Positions 59,104-64,000 of a DNA stretch of 64,000 nt are shown piece by piece. This DNA comes from Flectonema sp. DT1601 (Eukaryota). Where the stretch lies: contig OZ025782.1 in the NCBI GenBank assembly GCA_964019425.1, positions 434,001 through 498,000 of the forward strand. Direction: 5' to 3'. The notes below the pieces were generated by a model that was given only the letters and a program-made list of their open reading frames with translations, had not been told where the DNA came from and did no database searches. The stretch's first letter is position 1. Each line of letters opens with the position of its first letter. The position numbers were made by a program, and so were the translations under genes.

Positions 59104-61342
59104 TTACACTTAATCTTAATATTTCAATATCATTCTCTTTACTGGCGTTGGGGTGTTTCTTCTTGAGGTTCGCTATTGGTGTACCTGTTGTTTCTGGCTT
59201 GTTGCACCTCTTGCCTCGGTGTTTTTCAAAGTCTTGGGTAACCGACCTCTCGAAGATGCAACATTACCCCGACGTCAGTTGTTTGTGTTTAATCTCTTTA
59301 ACATTATAATTATAATTTAGTATCCATTTATTTATTCAGTCTTAATTACACAATATGGACGATGATGGTCATTCTCATAGTTTACTCAGGGAATGATCAC
59401 CAAGTCCACTTTTGTGCCTTTTTCTTACTGTTTTTTACTTTAAATTTTTCTGGTTAAAAATACCAAAAATTGTGCCGTGACCGGGAATTGAACCCCCGAC
59501 CACGGTTACGTAAGCGATTTAAGGTCGACGACCATAACAACTCGGCTATGCAGGCTCTGGTACGTCGAAAATTATTTTATACTTATTACTTTTCTGTCCT
59601 AACGGAACGGAAAATGAAAAATGTCCTTCCTTATCTAAAATGCACTCTGCACCTATTATGTTGGTTCAGCAGTGGCTTATCGAACTTATTAGCTCTCGTT
59701 GCACTGGTTAGCGCTGTGTTTGAGACGTTATATTATATCGGTACACTTTTAACTAATATGTTACTTCCTTTCCTTAGCAAATTTTGCTCTTTTTGTTATT
59801 TCTCTAAAACAAAAGAATTTCCCACCCTCCCACCCTGGGTGTTTCTTCTTGAGGTTCGCTATTGGTGTACCTGTTGTTTCTGGCTTGTTGCACCTCTTGC
59901 CTCGGTGTTTTTCAAAGTCTTGGGTAACCGACCTCTCGAAGATGCAACATTACCCCGACGTCAGTTGTTTGTGTTTAATCTCTTTAACATTATAATTATA
60001 ATTTAGTATCCATTTATTTATTCAGTCTTAATTACACAATATGGACGATGATGGTCATTCCCCAGGGTTGAACCTTGGGAAAAAAACAAACAATAAACAC
60101 AGTGTAGACAAACACCCGCCGGACATCTGCAGAGCAGCGATCGATGTCGATGTCTTCGTTGTCGAACTTCCTGGCGTTTATGTTTTTGTTTTTAACAACA
60201 ACACAACACCAACTAACAGGTTTGTCTCATTGCCCGTTCTTTCTTGTTTCCCTTTGCCGCCGGAAGAACGAAGGTCGACGGAGGTCCGAAGCATTGCTTG
60301 CGATGATGTTCCGGTATGTGTTGCGTCTCTGTTATTTGTTTGTTTCAACTCAATTGGTTCATCTCAGGTTTTAGAAGTCTTCGTCCTGTTCGTTGGGAAG
60401 GGCCTGAATCAAAAGTTCACTGCCCCTATTCCTCTCCCAAATTTCTTATTCAGCTTGCCACATGACTGTGTGACATTATTGCTACATTGTAGCTCCCCTA
60501 CAAAAACCTTATTTTTTGCAGTTGTCTTTTGGTTGTAGCAACTTTTATTTTATGCTTTTCTAATGTCCCAAAGTTGGTTTATTTTACTTTTTTTTTTCTG
60601 CAAGGGAACAGTCCAAAGCATAAGTCCGAACAGCCCTAAGGCCAGTGAACGCACTGATTGTTAGGTATTGTATTCCAGGGAAAGTTTGGTTTGTATACTT
60701 TATTTTTATTTTATTTTATTTAATTTGTTAAAAGAAAACAGGTAACTTTACATGAGCATCGGCTCGAACGGCTCTGGCGAAGCGAGTGAACGAGTCTGAT
60801 TGCTGAGTATTGTATTCTGTTTTCTTGTTCTTTTTTTAATTTATTTCAAACAGGGCAACAGGGGGAAAGTTTGGTTTGTATCCCCTGGGTGTTTAGCGTC
60901 ACCTGTTGAGGTGTAATGTATTCTGTTTACTTCTATCCCTTTGTTTTTTTTTTTTTTTTTTTTTATTTCAAACAGGACAGCAGGGGGAAAGTTTGTTTCG
61001 TACCCCCCGGGTGCTTAGCGTCACCCTCCATGCGATGCTTTCGCAGGGAGAGCCAAGGGTCGAGAACCCTGGAGATTACCTTTGTTTCTTTTTGTGACTG
61101 GATTGCAGTGGCGCAACCCATCACCCCACCTGTTGGTATCTTTTTATTTTTTTTATTTAAAGAAAAAAGCAGGCTAAGTCGCCTGAGCTGGCATCGCCAG
61201 AATATTTAACTTCACATGGCAATGTCAGCTCGTGAAGGGATCCAGTTGGATCAAAGGTTTTCTCCCCCCCACTCTATTTATCGTCATTGGTGCGCACCTT
61301 CGAACAGGAAGGCCAACACTGACGGAATTTTTTACTTCTCTT

Positions 61343-62356
61343 TCATAGTTTACTCAGGGAATGATCACCAAGTCCACTTTTGTGCCTTTTTCTTACTGTT
61401 TTTTACTTTAAATTTTTCTGGTTAAAAATACCAAAAATTGTGCCGTGACCGGGAATTGAACCCCCGACCACGGTTACGTAAGCGATTTAAGGTCGACGAC
61501 CATAACAACTCGGCTATGCAGGCTCTGGTACGTCGAAAATTATTTTATACTTATTACTTTTCTGTCCTAACGGAACGGAAAATGAAAAATGTCCTTCCTT
61601 ATCTAAAATGCACTCTGCACCTATTATGTTGGTTCAGCAGTGGCTTATCGAACTTATTAGCTCTCGTTGCACTGGTTAGCGCTGTGTTTGAGACGTTATA
61701 TTATATCGGTACACTTTTAACTAATATGTTACTTCCTTTCCTTAGCAAATTTTGCTCTTTTTGTTATTTCTCTAAAACAAAAGAATGTCTACACCACCAA
61801 TTGTGGAAATTCCGCATGTAGAATCTGAGATGGATTTAGATTCAATTCTGTTTGAGGATTTGAGGACGGTGAGAGCACAATCACCACGTGCCACCATCGG
61901 GGAAGCAGGGACGTTTTGGGATCCCCAATCCAAAATGTCCGAAGAGATGATGAAAAACAATTCGTTGGCCTTGATAGGAAGAGAAGCGGTGTATTGTATG
62001 AGGAAGGAAGGGGAATCAAGTTGGAATTGGTATTGTGGCTTATTGTCAATGGTGGGTAATACGGGGAGGGTAACCTTGTCAAATTCGACAAGTCTTTTAA
62101 GGGGTGTGTATCGACACACGGGGCCGGACGAAACATTCGACTTTCCACATGCGGGCTTTGAATATGCCCATGTGATAAGCAAGGATGTGTATTGGGATGA
62201 GTGGTCCAAAAGGTTAGTTCTAGAAAATGAACAAAAGATGTTAGGCATGTGCCAAAAGGTAACTAATTTGGAATCGCAGGTGGCGTCATTGTTATCGCCA
62301 CAGATGCATGGTGCGCAACCCCAGCCACAGATGCATGGTGTGCAACCCCAGCCACA
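61343..62356 (+). mobile_element. 3'-truncated second copy of YR element 2 (A1 + partial gag)
   Basis: Matches 54595-55608 (offset 6748). Cut by R1 at 62357. Confidence 0.9.
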
Positions 62357-62597
62357 GAGTTGAATTTCCAGGTGAGATTTGGACTGTTAGCTTTTGGCTA
62401 AGGCCCTCCCTGAAGAGCAAGAACAAAAAAACTACTCACACCTGAAGAAAACATACACAAAGAACACACTGTAAGCTGTGTGTGTATTTTGTGTTTGTCA
62501 CAACAGGAGAGAAAAGAAAGAATGTCAAGGTTGGTCACCTTGCCTATCAACGCACAACATTGGTGGTCTCTACTAGACCCTGAGTGATCCCACTGGA
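62357..62597 (-). repeat. Partial R1 copy
   Basis: gagttgaatttccaggtgag...cccactgga. Confidence 0.9.
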
Positions 62598-62634
62598 CCA
62601 ACGATTCTAAAGCTACAGTTTCTGTACTTTATTG
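62597..62634 (+). ncRNA. Euglenozoan (diplonemid-type) spliced-leader exon without its intron
   Basis: ACCAACGATTCTAAAGCTACAGTTTCTGTACTTTATTG. It is followed by GAGAGG, not a GT donor. Confidence 0.88.
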
Positions 62635-62663
62635 GAGAGGTAAGACACCCTTTAAAAAAATAA

Positions 62664-64000
62664 AATGGCTGGTAAGAAAGCAATGCGTCCGCAAGATAGA
62701 AGGGCTGCGGAAAGGAGAGAAAGAGAAAGGAAAGAGGCGAAGAAAATGAGGGAACAAGCCAAGAATGAAATCCGGGAAGAAGAAGAGAGGACACAAAAAC
62801 AGCAAGAAGGAGACGAAGACATGGTGATGGGAGGATCACCAGAAGTATCAGAGGGAGAAGCGATGGAAGTGGAAGCACCACAAACAAAAGAAGCAAGCCA
62901 AACGGCTGGTCCGAAACCGGAAACAAATCCTCCAACTCTGAAGCCAGAGCATTTCGGATGTAAACCATCAAAAATTATAAAGATGGAAGACGGAATCAAC
63001 AGCTCAACAGACGGCTTATCATTAGTACTGTCCCAACAAGCCTCTAAACTTGGAGAGGAATTCTACAAGACAGCTACGAAAACGAAGAGACTAACCCTGG
63101 TCTTCACCAAACCGCCAACGGAGTTAGCATTAAAATACGCGACAGCATCCCAACAGATTCAAACACCTGTCCAGATGGCAGTGGGACTAAGAATAAGATC
63201 ATGGTGGTTTGTGACTTTTACCGGAGCAACCTACACCCCAACACTAATAGTGGCAACAAACATAAAGCCACCGATCACTCACGAACTCATCGCGTGGGCT
63301 ACAGCAAAGGAGTTAGGAGGAGATGCTATCAGAAACCCAGCATCGCTTACTGCAAAAATCAAGGCAGTGGTTGGTGATCAGGGACGGGTCGACACAAGGA
63401 CATTCCGGATAGTTGGAAAGGGGGATTTTAGTGAAGTCACAGTCCTACCAAATGATGAAAAGGCAGCAATCGCACTGATGCACAACTCAGGGAGTAACAA
63501 AGTTTACTTCAGGATAAAATCGATAGAGGGCCTGACCAAGCATGTCTATGAAACAGTATGGCTTGACAGGAAAACTTCGAATGAGGAAGCCATGGGAGTC
63601 CTGAAGGCACAACAAGACATGTGCATGGGGCTGACTACCAACTATGGGAAGATAGGGATAAGGGTGAGTGCCTCTGCAAACGTAGAGAAAGTACGGAAGG
63701 GTGCCGGGAAATTCGCTGCGCAAGTCTACGGTGCTGGACTGTACCGTATCAGTGGTGCACAGTACAGGTGGTCGAACCGGCTCCAGGGAATGCTCTTGGA
63801 AGCGGGATTAAATTCTAAATTTATTCGCATGGAGAAAGGCGACTTCTTGGTCGCCCTCGATAAAAGTCCGAAAAGCCAGTTCTTACAATGTGGTGAGACC
63901 CTGATGTCTATTGAGAAAATGGAGCTGCCAGAAGACCAAAAACAACCAAAACCAGCCGTACAAAAGTATCGAGATGCGAAAATATCTTATGCGGAAGCAA
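62664..64000 (+). CDS. ORF open to the window end (>445 aa), possibly ORF1 of a non-LTR retrotransposon
   Basis: Absent from the ORF track because it has no stop. My translation is MAGKKAMRPQDRRAAERRE...KISYAEA with no stops. SYAE/SYAxA-type motifs are common in LINE ORF1 proteins. Confidence 0.7.

Larger units (their letters stand above)
54595..60060 (+). mobile_element. Apparently complete TATE/VIPER-like tyrosine-recombinase retrotransposon 2 (5466 bp)
   Basis: A1 54595-55038 = A2 59375-59818 (444 bp). B1 59151-59374 = B2 59837-60060 (224 bp). Three uninterrupted ORFs. No TSD compared with the empty R2 site at 49415-49445. Confidence 0.93.

Noticed and set aside
62357..62597. R1 as the shared 5' end of the terminal ORF's element
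   Set aside because: The intervening SL exon marks an independent RNA 5' end, and the hairpin polarity suggests R1 reads on the opposite strand.

Overview
Eukaryotic, AT-rich, transposon-dense genomic DNA, most likely from a diplonemid (Euglenozoa): a near-complete diplonemid-type spliced-leader exon sits at 62597-62634. The first 16 kb hold three apparently intronless minus-strand host genes: a double PstS-like/TM/degenerate cyclase-like receptor, a bacterial-type phosphocholine phospholipase C, and a multi-pass membrane protein. The rest is nested mobile DNA. It includes two TATE/VIPER-like tyrosine-recombinase retrotransposons with A1-ORFs-B1-A2-B2 split direct repeats (one apparently complete), two 5'-truncated ingi/I-like LINE copies, an RLE-type (HERO/NeSL/R2-like) LINE, a 9-bp-TSD TIR element carrying a 28S rRNA fragment and a pseudo-tRNA, a TA-flanked TIR element, and several non-coding repeat families (here R1, R2, R3). 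The most novel-looking signals are (i) a covarying pseudoknotted RNA in three divergent LINE 3' ends, (ii) a covarying terminal stem-loop shared by the RLE LINE and two non-autonomous families, (iii) a conserved junction hairpin and G-quadruplex linker in the YR elements, (iv) an SL-capped retrocopy and (v) the rRNA-capturing TIR element. Everything was read by eye. No searches or folding programs were run, so family names are motif-based.
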